The notes: generated from the sequence alone by a model not told the origin. 64,000 nucleotides of DNA from Bigelowiella natans CCMP2755 (GCA_000320545.1 ADNK01001400.1:62001-126000); one strand, 5' to 3'. Positions 37,064 through 53,703 are shown, counted from the stretch's first letter. Numbers and translations: made by a program.

Positions 37064-37289
37064 AGAATCGGTTCGGCTTCACATCAGCATGCCTCGGCTT
37101 TGGACCCAGCACGTCGGTGCGGCGACTACTAGGGGTGGAAAGGAAGAATCTTCCCGGTTTTTGTGGTAGCTCCGAGCGTTCAGTCCATGCGACATGGCAT
37201 CAGAGCGCAAATCATGATTTTCCCGCATGTTGTGGTCTGACATCTCAAAAACCCCGGAACTCTCATAATCTTCTTACTTCGCTTCGCGG

Positions 37290-38070
37290 ATGGAGGTGGA
37301 GGAGATCGCTCTACAGCATGGTCTGCTTTACATGAAGCACTTTTCGAATGACTTCCAACCGCTTTTGGAGGAGCCCCTTTTGGTCAGCCTCTCACAAATC
37401 TGATTGAAATCTCGGTAGGCGCGTGTTAAGAGAGTGACGAACTCTTGGAAGAAGGGATGCAAGACAATTTTTAAGGTTGGGGGTGATGGGACTACTTTCT
37501 ACCTTGTCACCGATTCTGGTGTTAAATTGATGAGGCGTGCCCAGACCACATCGAACCAACAGACTCAAGAAGACCAAAAGGAAGAAAAGAGCCAGAGGCA
37601 GCGCAGGTTCTACTTACTTTTTGCGCGGGTGGATTTCCGACATCGATGTCAACAGATCGAGTATAATTTAGTTCTGTGTTCTCGACAACTAAATGTCATA
37701 TACCTTTAGGAAGAAGTTTAAGTCAAAGTTGAGCCACGCAGAGTGGATTCGCTTCGCCAGAAAAAAAAAGCGCGCAATGACTAAGATCTTCCGCAAAAAA
37801 CCTGCTGCCCGTACAAGTGAAGATGGTGGAGCTTCAGGTGGCCCACAGCTAGAAGAGGAATATTCCACAGAATCGGTTCTGGACAGACGGTGGCGTGGAA
37901 ATCGTTGGGAGTATAGAGTTAAGTGGAAAGGGTATAAAAAGCACACGTGGGAACCAATCGAAAACTTGACTAGCGATGGAGTGCACAACAAAGATCTTCT
38001 CCACTTTCTTAAAGTTACCGGTGGAACTTTGAATGACGTTCCGCGCAGCAAAGATTTAAAGCAGAAATAA
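37290..38070 (+). CDS. Small chromodomain protein (probably 3 exons; 5' end uncertain)
   Basis: EEEYSTESVLDRRWRGNRWEYRVKWKGYKKHTWEPIENL is a canonical chromodomain with the Y/W/Y aromatic cage. The upstream exon ARVKRVTNSW...SQRQR joins in frame across intron ~37607-37709. Confidence 0.75.
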
Positions 38071-38720
38071 GATTCCAACAATTTAAGGTGGGCATCGTGG
38101 CCCACACGCAGGAATTAAGTTTGCCTTCATGGGGTTGTGTTTTGCTTCCTGCTGAAAGCAGCAAAGAGATCTAGAGATTGCTCACACGTTACTAGTCCAG
38201 TCACAGCAACCTGATAGCTTCGTCACACAAACTACAACATACACAGCGCTGAGCGTACATTGGTGGAAAATAATAATGCTGGCGCATGAATATGGCTGCC
38301 AATGCTGGCGCATGAATATGGCTGCCAGTGTAAACACGTATCCAGCTTTGCTCGTCACACATCTGCACGACTATGCATGACATGCTAGCATGGCGGTGCG
38401 CGTAGCATTATAATTATGTTGCCTTTCAGGCTGCCCGAGCGCCACTGATGTGCACTCCTTGCGTTTATTTATTACACATTCATTGTGCATAGCGATGTAA
38501 CATGGCAGCGAGGTTCTGCTGGCAGATGTGACTTCGATTACGATACATGCCGTTGCTAGCCTTGGCAAAAAAATCACGCTTATACAAGCTCCACCCTCAT
38601 TTCATGTGCTACGCCAACATGCAGATCATGGGAAATGTAGTCCCATGCCCAGGTCTAGCAGGTTGCATGGCCACAATGCTGTGTCCGTCACGGAGCATAG
38701 GCAAATCGTCATAATAAAAG

Positions 38721-40879
38721 TTATTGATCTTTTTTCCATATCATTATCCGACCCCACGGTAGGAGAACCACCGAGGGAATTGGCGGCGAAATCTGCGCGC
38801 GATTCTCACCTGTGATTTCACATGCATTCGAGTCGCCCTTTTCACTCATATTTGAAGACCTCTCATTGTTCTGAGGTTTCATCGGGTAACTTTTTTTTTC
38901 ATTTTTCATTTCCCCTGATGGTATCAGAGACCCTCTCTCTGTACCGTTCTGTGGACAGGCACCATGATTACCGATCGGTTTATACTTGCTCTTCGAAAAG
39001 TTTCTGGACGTACGAAATTGAGTTTGAGCGGGTGGCAAATATGCACTGCCATCACCAACGCTGATTTCCTTCGCCGTTTTACCATCGTGGCTGATACACA
39101 CCTTGCTTCTGCTGTCTAGTTGGGCTGACGAAGTAGAGGTACCTTGTGCCATGGCGACAGCCTTCTTCGGCGCTGGGCGCTCGCGCTGAGATTTGGATGA
39201 TCCGATATCGGATGCATGCCAGTTACTTCTCACGGGTCTCACGAGTATCGGCGTGCTCCATCTACTGGACGGCAGGGTTGGGAAGTCTTCATCCTTGAAA
39301 CGGAGAGAAGTATCCTGCGACTTTATTCCCTTGAGTCTACGCGCGTAGCTGTCTTGCTTTATAACGCTGCCCCGATGATCCTGTTGTGAGGATGAAGACA
39401 CGCCTGATGATGCCGACGATAGGGAAGAAATGCGAGCCAACCGAGCTGTATCACCAGCTGATCTGTGCCTCGAAGCCGCTAAGGGTTGTTTTTGCCTGCC
39501 ATGGTGCCATTTCGAGCTTGGATCGCTAGTCGCACGCACGGCGCCGGAACGGGGGTAACGAGGCTCATGCATCTGTCCGTCATCGCCTCCTATCTTCTCG
39601 TCGCCGCCTGCAGCGTTGTTGCCGTTGTTGTTCAAGACAAGATCGAGAGCAGCTTCAAGGTCCCACGAGCAGCGTTCAAGGCACGACAGCGCCACAACAC
39701 GCGAAAATCCCATGTCCGTGAGCTGCTTGAGGTGTCTACGCTTCGTGCCTTCTTTTCCCGCTGACGATGATGACGAGCTCGTGGCCAGAGAAACAGGTAT
39801 GCTGCCTGGGGGGCGCTGTTGATGTGGGGCATGAGGTTGCTGCTCGAAGTCCTCCCTTGCGGCTGCTTCTGTTAGCATGGTTTTGATCTCCCGCAAGCTG
39901 TTCTTCCGCCTGATTACATTGAAGGGGAGGGTAGCAGGGCGGGCCTTTCTCGGTGACCGAGACTTCCTGCGCTTTCCCTTGCGCTTTTGGGACGGGGTGC
40001 CGTTCGGTTCCAACACCCTTCCTCCCCCTCCTCCCCCTCCTCCCCCTCCTCCCTCTCCCCCCCTCTTAGGAACCGATTCGGTGGACGATTGCCTCGAAGA
40101 AGACATCGGTTGGGTTTGTTCGCTGCTCAGTGACTGCCGTCCCCCTTCTCCCCCTCGTCCTGCACCCGACGCTCCTTTACGTACATGGCTTTGGCGGGCG
40201 CTGTGCTCTGAAGCAGCTGCTGCCGCCGCCGCCGCCTCGTGTTTCTCGGCCTCCGCCCTCGCAAGGTCCAGCGGTTTCCTCAGGTTGATGTCCTCTGCGT
40301 GGAGGTTGGCTTTCAGCTCAATGAGCGCCTGGACGGCCTGCTGGTGGAAGTGCTTCGTGGCGACGTGCAGCGGGGTCTGGTGCGACAGATCTGGCGTGTT
40401 GACATCTGCCTTGTGCTCGCAGAGCACATGGATGCACGAAAGATCACCGCCCGCGGCCGCAAGGTGCAGCGGCGTGGCGCGGGAGTCGTCTCTGGCCATC
40501 GGATTGGCTCGGTATCGGAGCAGCACTTTGAGGACGGCGCCGGTCGATCCGCGGCCCGTGACGGCGGTGTGGAGGAGCGTGGAGTCTCTGGTGACGAGCT
40601 CTGGGTTGGACTCCAGTACTGAACGGATGACTTCCAAGCCGCCCAAACCCTTTCGTACTGCGATATCGAGCAGCAGAGGCCTCAGAATTGCGGCCCACTC
40701 CGTCTGCTCCGTGGCGATCACGAACGCTAGGCTGTCGTTGGTGTCGATCCAGCGTGATAGCTGCTCGCTGACGGATCTCTCGCGGAGTTGTGCCAGCGGC
40801 CCGTCGTGGCCCACAGCGAGTTTCTCCACTGTGTGGATCTGCTTTGGCATCGATGTCACGTCAGCGCAGATAGATACCA

Positions 40880-40914
<35 letters not shown>

Positions 40915-41292
40915 CATTCATCCGATGGAGTGTGGTTAGAGATATCAAACAAACGAAGAGCGCTCTCCTAAGACCCCGACCTGCTTCCTAAATCTCTCGA
41001 CAATCGTCTGGCTAGCAGGCGGAAGTATGGAAGGGGGCAACGCTTTGGGGTACTTCAGCGAGAGACACAGCAGCTCCTTGAGGATGACGATGGATGACGC
41101 GCCGCCGAACGCCTCGAATCGGATACCATCTCTCTTAGTCCACACCGCGAGCATGCATCGTATGAACCTGTCGTGGGCGGTGGTGAGGAGGGGAGGGGGC
41201 AGGAGATTTACGCAATGTGGTTGGCTGCCGCTTGTGCCAACGCCAGCTCACGTAGTGCAGCGCGATCGACGACGTGTATAATGTTACATATA

Positions 41293-41334
<42 letters not shown>

Positions 41335-42477
41335 TATTTAACAATATGGAAGATTTATAGAAACTCCATCCTCTAATTGCATTCGTTTGGTGGTGGTGGT
41401 GGTGGTGGTGGGGCAGACCGCTCGATGTCCCTGATCTGACGGCGGAAGGCCTCACTCTTGTAGTGCTTCTTGCTCAGTCGCTTCCCGGAAGTTTCCTGCG
41501 TCCATTTGCGGAGAAACGACAATGCGCTGGCGTCCGCGGAGGCATGGTGCCCATTGACCTCCCTAGAGGAGAACACCTGAGGTAGAGGGACACACGCAAG
41601 GCAATGTATTACAAAGGGGTGCGTGCCCACTACTGCTCCTGCTGCTACTCTCCGCTGCTGTTGCGTTGCTCTGTGCTAAGCTATTCATGCTGTCAGTCAC
41701 TCACACTACTACTCGCGACTGTTTTCAGGAAGCATACATCTGCACGAAGAAACAACTCACATGTAGAGCACAGGCAAGGCGTTCCCCGCGCTGCCCCTGC
41801 TCATGCTTCGGATACGACTTGAGCAGGCGTTGGTACATGTCCGCAGCAAGAGCCAGTAACCTCGCGCCAGCCGCCATTGCCTGGGTCTCATGGGCGCGGT
41901 CGGCGACAGAAGGAAAGGGGGAAGAAGACGACGCGACGGTGGCGTATGACGGTCGTTTCGAGATTGCTTTATTAGCAGAGGAGGGGGAGGAGGAGGATAA
42001 TGACGAACGACGTGTGGTGAGCAGGTACTTAATCCCCAGCTCTAGGTAGCGACGAGAGCGCGACAGTTGCAAAATGGAGAGCGGCTTGGAAAGCACGTCG
42101 ATTTCCTCCAGGTCCATCGTGTAGAAGCGAAAGCTGACGCGCGTGTGCCCAGGCCTTGCGTCCGCCTCCAGGTAATGCTGAAACTCTCGGAGACTCTTCG
42201 GGGCGAGCTTTATCCCCGTCATCTTACAGAGATAGTTGAGCACACGGCCCCTCAAGGCTCGAATCACCTTCCAAAGCTTCGGCGAAGACTTGAGACTTGC
42301 CAATGCCAGGCCTTCCTCCTTTGAGCTTCCAAATCGTGCTCGCTTCTCTATCAGCGCTAGATTCCAAAATCGCTTGAAGCAGGAGGAGGAGGAGGAGGAG
42401 GAGGAGGAGGAGGAGAAGAAAGTGGACGATTGGTCACCCTTCTCGTCACTGCCTTGCGCTCCCTTGCCGCCGGTAGT

Positions 42478-42510
<33 letters not shown>

Positions 42511-43274
42511 TGTCGTCGTGGCGACTGCAGAAGGGCCGACCAGGAAGTTGAGCATTCCCACCACCACCCGATTCATCCTGAACTCGGACGGGTACCTGTC
42601 CTCTCGGAGCTGCTCGCGCAGCCAGCCCCTCAGGATGTTCTTCAGCGTGCGCGCGGTCATCTCGACGAGGAGGGTGTCGCGGACTCGGGCGGCCTTCGGC
42701 TGGACGAGGCCGTGCAGCAGGCCAAGGTGCCGGACGTTAATGCCCCTTGCGTGGAGTTCTGATGATACGGGCTCACGAAAGCGGGACGCATCCTCTAACG
42801 ACAACGCCGACAGCTGCCTGGCATAGTCTGGAATTACATGGTCGAGCAGATACTCGGTGGCCTTGGTGGCCTTTTTCTCGTGGTGCTCGGCATCAGGGTC
42901 ACCACGACTGAAACCTGTGAAGGCGTCTGGGGACAGCGGTGGGGAATCGCCCTCTCTCTTGAGAATCTGGAGCAGTTCTGGCCTCACCATCCGATAAAAC
43001 ACCGGCTGGCCAACGATGGGGAGGTGCTCCGTCACCTGCGCGTCTTCTGGGGGAAACGTCCGCGCCAAGTCGAGGAGATACACGCGCCCGTCCTGCCCTA
43101 GATGGGCCTCCACGTCACCCGCACAGTGCAGATCAGCCTTCCCCATCACCTGCAAGAGTTATGAATATATCGCCATCACGTAATGGATGTGGCAAGAAAT
43201 GACGAGGAATACGGTGCCGCAGCTAAGTTTCATTTATCCGCACGCGCATATAAATAAATAAATATATGTGTGTG

Positions 43275-43318
<44 letters not shown>

Positions 43319-45542
43319 TGAATCTTGTTCTATTTATCTCATTAAGGGCAAGATAAACAGGTGAGCTGGTGTGCTTCGTAAAGGGCAGGCATGGGCAGGA
43401 GTCTTTAGAAAGGAACCCACAGCAGCCCACCATCAGTGTAACTCCCACCTTATGCTTGGCGAGATGTAGTTTGGTGGCGGCCTTCTCCATAAGCTCCGCA
43501 ACAGGGTGGGAGTCTGGGGGCACGTGGATTGTGCTGCCGTTACCACCGTAAATGGGCCTTTCGAGCCGCAACCATGGCTGAGCGAGAACACGGTATCCCA
43601 GGTAGTCCAAGGCTACTTGCATCGGCACTCGAAGCGCTGGCCATTCTCTCGCACGCCGTCGGGCAGCAGCTCGGCCACCACCGGACATGTAGGTGTGGAA
43701 GTCTAGGATGTGGTGGGAAGAAGAAGCTAAGCACAACAATTTCTGGAGGAGTTTAACCCTCTCTCCCCTCCTCCTCTCTCTGTCTAGGCCCGATGACAAA
43801 TATATTTATATACAATACATATAATTTTTCTACGAGTGCGTGTGCTTGTCTCTGTGCGTGTGTGCTTGCGTCGTGTGCACTCGTGCGTGGCGTGTGCTTG
43901 CGTTTGTGAAATCGCTACAGTTATTGTGTTTCGCAGAAGGAGCCGAGGTGGTGGCGCTGTTCCTTCTTTGGTTGCGAATCTGCTCGTAGCCGATTTGAAA
44001 GTAGTGGGAGGCGCCGTGGAGATTGTGGGATGCCGACTTTGCAGCGAGCTCATAATTTGCCCTCTCGTTTCCGTACAAGTAACGATATATTACCCCCTGC
44101 TGGTGGGCGTCCTCACCCCCCTTTTCGCCTTTAGCCTTACTGCCCCCTCCCCTATCATTCTTATATATCCTCCTCTTCTTGTGGTGGAGAGGAGGATCGT
44201 AAATCATCTTGAAGAGGATACCCCCGGCCAGATACTTTCGGCCTCCAGCAATACCTCCCACGTGAGATGCAGGGCGGATGGTCTGCTTGTCTTCGGGCAA
44301 GAATTGCTCCATAACGATGATCTTGATATATGACTGAGCCATGGACACAAAATCAACGGAGAGCTGGCTCAAGTGCTCAAAGTCAACGTTCTCGAGGGCC
44401 GATTGGAAGTGTTCGTTCCACTGTATCAATGTTGCCGATTCGCAACTTTCAGAACTCCCGCCTACCCGCCTTCCTGTATCGACTATCTGCCGCCTCAAAA
44501 AGTAGGAGCTTTGAGCCCGAGTTCGCTCTGCAATGACGGGGGCGTATGTCCTTATTCGTGCCGGTACTTGTACCGCCTTTTTAGATTTATTACGAGATCG
44601 GCCACTCGCCGCCGTCGTAGTTTTCATCGTGTCCTCTAATGTTTCTGAAGAACTTTCCTGTTTAGCGTTGTTGTCTAAGTTCTGCAGCGTGCTCCCAACT
44701 ACGGATGATGCTGTATCCTCAGAAAGTAAGCAGACGTTTTCGATTTCGAGTAACTCTCCTGCGCACTGTTGCCTAACGTTTGATGAACAAGATAGGCATG
44801 ACTTGCGTGGTGGTGTGTGTCAAGTATGTTTTACCTTCGGGCGGCAGGATTGTCTTTGATTTTGATCACCGACGTGCGCTCACCCTTACTGATTATCTGA
44901 ATGGAGTTCGTTCATTAGTGCAAACGAATGTAGCCTTACAATTCTAGTTTTCCGACAAAGGTTGGTTTCTCTCGTTCCTTCCCATTTGCCCGACCCTATT
45001 GTTTCATCGAACCCAGGACAAACTGTCTGTACCTCAACGCTCAACACTGCATCCTTGCACCGTACGTAAACCTTCTTACTCTTCGCCTCGCTTGAGGATG
45101 AAGCTTTCTGTGCGGAAGGATCACGAAACGCAAATCCACTATGAACCTGGACGGGATATACGGGGGGAGAATGCGCCATCAGTTCGATCCAATTCAGGAA
45201 CGAATTGCAGATACCTTCGTGTCGCCATCAGTCTTCCGGTCGTAAGCACTACCAAGAGAGGGGCGCGACGATAGTTTTCGCCTGCGGCTGTAGTTATCCA
45301 CAAGCCTTGACCTCCTCGAAGAATATATCTGAGGATCTCGTTTCTGGGCCCTGAGTCAGCATGTGTTTACGGCAGAGGTATTGATGTGTGCTTAAACAAT
45401 AACCACTTATATCGACCATACGGTGCTAGCTTATGAATCAAACAAAACTAAGATTTGTAGCTACTTGGAAACACCTATTGCGCGAAATTGTCGCTGCGTC
45501 ATCGGCTTGGGCCCCCTCGCACCCCAGTATTTTTGGATCCAT
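38721..45542 (-). CDS. Clu-domain protein with ankyrin repeats and a UBA domain, multi-exon
   Basis: Clu: WNEHFQ, GGIAGGRKY, LRVPMQVALDYLGYRVLA, GDVEAHLGQDGRVYLLDLARTFPPE, PLSPDAF, ELHARGINVRHLG. Ankyrin: ATPLHLAAAGG, QTPLHVA. UBA: LKQLTDMGFSRVVALSCLERCSWDLEAALDLVL. ATG at 45542 (MDPKILG). Confidence 0.8.
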
Positions 45543-46647
45543 CGCAACTCCCCCCGTGTGGAGAGTGCCACTCTATCTCCGTAATCGAATTATTGTTTTA
45601 TGACTACAGTCGTTTCAGTATGTATTTTATCGATAGTACATCATGAAAAATCCATCCTTGATTCGCAAAACCGGTAACAACAAACATAACAATCGCGCAA
45701 ATCCGCTAGCTTAGCTTAATTTTCATAGATATCATTGGTATAAATAATGCATTTCGGCGATCCGGAGGACGACTGCTCCCCTATTTTCCTGACAAAAATA
45801 AATGGAGCAAGAAAGCCGAACACCGTGGTATTTCGGTAGCATTTTTCTGCGGAGAAAACCAGTGGTAATTGCTGTCGCTGTGCTCGAAAAAGGTAACAAA
45901 GTAAAGAAAAATGAATAATGTGCTGCGTTTCGACCTTATCGACGGATGATGTATCGGTTGTGCATTTGAGAGCTTATTTTCAATTTATTTTGAATCATAA
46001 TGTAAAAGAATGCCCTCAATAATATTAATAAATATGCTTATTCTCTGGAATAATCTCATTATCATCCACAAATATGCTGACGCATTATTATTTAGATGTT
46101 ATTAAAAACTGAATTATTTTCGATCGCATGTGAACGTTAGATCCTTCCCTCCAAATTTATCTCTCTTATGCCAAAACAAGCCTGAAATACCCTGCATTTT
46201 CTTCATAATATGCACTCACCGAGAAGAATATATCCGAAATGCCATATCACAAGTGTTTGACGCCTTGGAAAAAGAATCAGTAATTAGGACCCAGGTTGAG
46301 GATAAACGTTGCCATACAGTCAAGAATTCACTTCACTTTCACATAACGTCATCAATTCTAAGGTAATTTATTCCTAAATTAGATCTCTTTTGAGAAAGTG
46401 GAGGGCCGTCTAAACCTGAAATCACACAGACCGCCATCACCAACACTCCGAAGGGCTGCGTCTGTTCCTGCATCTTCAGTTGAGTGTCACAAGAACACGC
46501 TATTACAAGAGCTCTCAGTATTCAGGTACCTTTTGAATTACTAGAAGGCTAAAGGATGGGCTGTGTTCTTGTTGGTTTGTGTGCGTGTGTGTGTGTGTGT
46601 GTGTGTACGTGTATTCAGTTGAGTGTTTTCTTTTCGAAGGTAGAACA

Positions 46648-47300
46648 ATGTCGGAAAGCAAAGAATTGGTCGGAATGGACCGATACAATAAGATCGAGAA
46701 GATCGGTGAAGGGACCTATGGTGTTGTTTACAAGGCTCAAGACAAGCTTACCAAGGAAATAATCGCACTGAAGAAAATCAGACTCGAGGCTGAGGACGAG
46801 GGCGTTCCTTCCACTGCTATCCGAGAGATTTCGCTACTTCGGGAACTACAACATCCTAACATTGTTAAGTACGTATTCTTCTAAGCGCGAAGTCTACAAA
46901 TTTTAACCATATCTCTAATAACCTTATCCTCACCCTGCACAGCCTCAAAGACGTCGTGCACCAGAACCAGAAACTTTATCTCGTGTTTGAATTTTTGGAC
47001 CAAGACTTGAAGAAATACATGGACTTAGTTGGTGGCGATCTACATGAAATGCTTGTAAAGGTATTTTGACATCATTGATACGGTGGATGCTTTCTGATTC
47101 CTCTTCGTTTTTTAGTCATACGTGCAACAGTTGCTGAAGGGGATCGCCTTCTGCCATGCTCACAGAGTTCTACATAGAGATCTTAAGCCTCAAAACCTTC
47201 TCATTGATAAGAAGGGAGTTCTTAAGTTGGCAGACTTTGGCTTGGCAAGAGCATTTGGCATTCCTGTGCGAACTTACACTCACGAGGTAAATATATATGA

Positions 47301-47342
<42 letters not shown>

Positions 47343-47948
47343 CTGCAATATGAGATAACTTCGTCCGGTAGATTGATTCTCATTCAACATCAAGGTTGTC
47401 ACTCTGTGGTATCGTGCTCCCGAGATTCTTCTGGGAGGAAAAGAATATTCAACACCTGTCGATATGTGGTCCGTCGGAACCATATTTGCTGAAATGGCTA
47501 CTAGAACCCCGTTGTTTCCAGGAGATTCAGAGATTGACCAGCTCTATCGTATTTTCAGGTAATTCATTGCCAGTCTTGTCGAATGGCAGATATTTTTTAA
47601 AACATCTTGATTTTGCACTTAGGGCTCTCGGAACTCCAAACGAGCAAATATGGCCGGGAGTGACAAAGTATCCTGACTACAGAACTACTTTTCCTCAATG
47701 GACTCCACAGAGTCTGAAGAAAATTGTTCCTACAATGGATTCTCTCGGCCTAGACCTGCTAAGCGTAATTAATAATAAACATGCTTGATAAAGCCCATCT
47801 CATGTTCATTTTTTTGCAGAAAATGTTGATATATGAACCAAGTAAACGAATTTCTGCCCGGGAGGCTCTAAAGCATCCTTACTTCGCGGATCTCAACAAG
47901 GCGAAGAGCTCAAAATCTATTCATGACGTTATGCGCGGATCATCATAA
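46648..47948 (+). CDS. CDK1: Cyclin-dependent kinase, PSTAIRE type (CDK1/CDC2), 6 coding exons
   Basis: [52 protein letters not shown]|[18 protein letters not shown]. Confidence 0.96.
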
Positions 47949-48320
47949 TTAAGAGTCCACTGATGAGATGGATCTTATCTGTCTCTGATTCTGGAATGTA
48001 AGTTCATGGGCATTGAAGCACATTATATTAGATTATGTGTGCGAATGGCAGAAGCCATCTCAGAGCAAGCATTGGTTCAATTTACTTCGTTACGTCCATA
48101 TTATTCAACACCAAAAAAATTGAACTGTGATACCCAAGGCAATTGGTTCGAATGCATTATTGTTAAAGCATCATTTTCATTATTATTAAATGTAGTGCAC
48201 GATACTGTATCAGAATGAATAGGCGAATATGACCACAATGTCGGATCAAATCCATGCATATTTGCATTCACACCGTACTCGAAATTGTCATCTGCATAAA
48301 TGCACGTAAATATAATATAT

Positions 48321-48412
48321 GAGACGGATGTAATGGAAAAAGTGTTAATTTTTTCAATGGTCATCCTAATTGTAGCTATGCAGAGCAGCGGCTAGACAGC
48401 GCTCAAGTTGTG
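48321..48412 (+). repeat. Dispersed ~90 bp repeat, well-preserved copy
   Basis: Near-identical by eye to 15547-15633. Confidence 0.85.
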
Positions 48413-48978
48413 TCTATGGTCTAGCGTAAGCTAGTCTAGTATAGGGCTACAGACTAGTAGTGTTGTTGTGGTTGTGCCACCATTCTAGCATTGCGGCGAT
48501 GCGTCTAGTACACCTAAACACGTGCGCGCAGCATCGCGGATCGAGCGCGAATGCGAATGATCAAATCGACGTTGGTAGAACGAATGTGGACTATGCGACG
48601 TGCGATACATCTCTAGATCTCGATACATCTCTAGATCTCGCTAGCTCGACATCTTGCAGCACATAACTAGATAATATAGATAATAGAGTCGAGAGTGCAT
48701 GCATGTAGATATTTCCACTGGGTTTTGAAAATTTATAATAGGCAGAAATTCATCATAATTATAGAATCTAGATCTGCTGGAATCTCGATTCAACGATTTA
48801 TTAATATGAGCCATTACTAGAATAGGCTCTCATCAGTTTCGATTTACTTATCGCTACAACTTACTTCTCGTCACTTCTAATATTGATATCGTGTGGTGTC
48901 GTGGTGTCACGGGGGCTGATTCCAAATAACTTAATGGTTATGACTATGACCGTGTTTATCAACGTCTGGTATGAGTCG

Positions 48979-49575
48979 TTATTTTTTCCTCCCAGTTTGT
49001 TTCTTACGAGCTTCTTCGAGCCTAGCTTCTTTCGCCTTCTTCATGAGCTCCTTCTGTGCACACCGAGTGAATGCTCTGTTGCGTTTTACGTCAATTTCTC
49101 CGGGTTCCAGCTGATTTTATTGAATATCAATGAGCAGAAGCCGTGAGTAGACTGTTATGATTTATGAGTTTTCAATACCTCATTTCCGCCATAAACTTCA
49201 AGGAAACACCCTTCAGATACGCACATAGGTGTACAGTTGGGATCCTCCTCCTAAACAGATAGCGCATTCAGCACTTCATGCTAAGTTCCAAAAGGTCCAT
49301 TTTACTTCATTTTATAAACCTCAAGGTTCCTGCATTGCTGAAATTGGCATGCTGTTCTCCTCTGATTCACCTGGCTCATCGCCTGCAATACCAGATTAGT
49401 CGATTTTTGCGAAGCGGATAATGCTTACCACCACATGGTTGTATTTTTGTAAGCAATTGTGCTTGTGTGATCATTTTATTACCCTCTTGCGCGACAACGC
49501 CATAGAAGGTTGAATGAGAGCGAGGACGACCCAAACCAAAATTGGCATCATATGGGAGAGCGACAGGAGTGGCAT
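48979..49575 (-). CDS. Small secreted cysteine-rich DUF4787-family protein, 4 exons (not in ORF track)
   Basis: MPLLSLSHMMPILVWVVLALIQPSMALSRKR|AMSQVNQRRTACQFQQCRNLE|EEDPNCTPMCVSEGCFLEVYGGNE|LEPGEIDVKRNRAFTRCAQKE... matches the NCxxxCxSxxCxxExY..LExGEID pattern. Confidence 0.8.
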
Positions 49576-50483
49576 GGCAACATTTCTGCAGTAAATTGAG
49601 TTTAACAGAGTGAAACATGTTAGGGCAAGGTTTCTATCGGGCGAAAGGAGAAGAGGGAAGAAAAGAGGTGGGAGAAGAGAAGGATCCACGACCGAGTTAG
49701 GTATGACGCAGGAAACGTGTCAAGGTAGTTCTTTTCTCCCAAGATTCCTAAATGAATCTGATGATGAGATTTGTTGGAAGTACCGAAATCGCGTTTTTGC
49801 TGAGCTAAAAATCAAAGAGACAACAATATTTGCAATTTCCAGAAAAATAATCACGGAATACACAGGATTTCTTCTTGATCTCTGTTCAGGTTCAACATGT
49901 CCACTCTCCGAGCCGAAATTTATGTAAAGGCTTCCATTTCTTGCAGAAATATTCACCAGGAGAACCCAATTGCCTGGGCCTTTTGTCCTTGGCGGTCGAA
50001 TCCACAGTTTTTTATGATATTCTGTTTGATTCTTATTTTGCGACATGATGATATTGAGCAAGATGTGTAAAAATGGGGCTCAACATCGCGCATTTTCCTG
50101 CCTTCCAATGGTCTGCCAAAGTTTCAGACACGAAAATATTCTTGAAATTAGTCAGAAAGCTAAAATCAGCTTTATCTATTCGATATTCTCCGTAAATTAT
50201 GATGTCGTAAATCTTAACGCTGGTAGACAAAGTACAGAAGCCTGGCTTCCTGTGATTAACACACGTAAGAATTCACTGAGACCCAAGGTCCACTCCTATC
50301 CAGTCGCTTCCTTTCGATTTTCCTTCCATCAGTCACTAGGGGGGGAGACGTAGACATTTGAGACAAATAGTATTGGCTAGAGACTTAGTTGTGCAGACTA
50401 GACGACTCTATAAAAAGAGATAAAGGGGAGCCTTAATCCAACATCATTTCCGATGTTTATTCCTTTACACTAGGGGGCAAAAC

Positions 50484-53703
<3,220 letters not shown>

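Noticed and set aside
29281-37125. Explaining the TG/CA-rich islands by CpG methylation decay or classical RIP
   Set aside because: CpG is plentiful and TpA is the missing dinucleotide. CpG decay would remove CpG and RIP would add TpA.
37693-38070. Chromovirus (Ty3/Gypsy) integrase C-terminus
   Set aside because: No RT, RNase H, integrase core, GPY/F motif or LTR nearby, and the ORF is joined to upstream exons by spliceosomal introns.
39877-40971. 364-aa plus-strand ORF (and similar long shadow ORFs, e.g. 42236-42826, 52425-52961, 62774-63331)
   Set aside because: These are antisense shadows of GC-rich real exons with no independent motifs.
49371-49425. Apparent in-frame TGA (HYPLRKNRLIWYCRR-TGA-AR) at a Cys-like position of the DUF4787 gene, suggesting a selenoprotein
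   Set aside because: Using the TTGCAG acceptor gives a stop-free exon AMSQVNQRRTACQFQQCRNLE that supplies both expected cysteines. The TGA is out of frame.
49720-50330. Possible extra minus-strand gene between DUF4787 and CDC48
   Set aside because: No recognisable motif or consistent exon chain. It may be 5' UTR or promoter; left uncalled.
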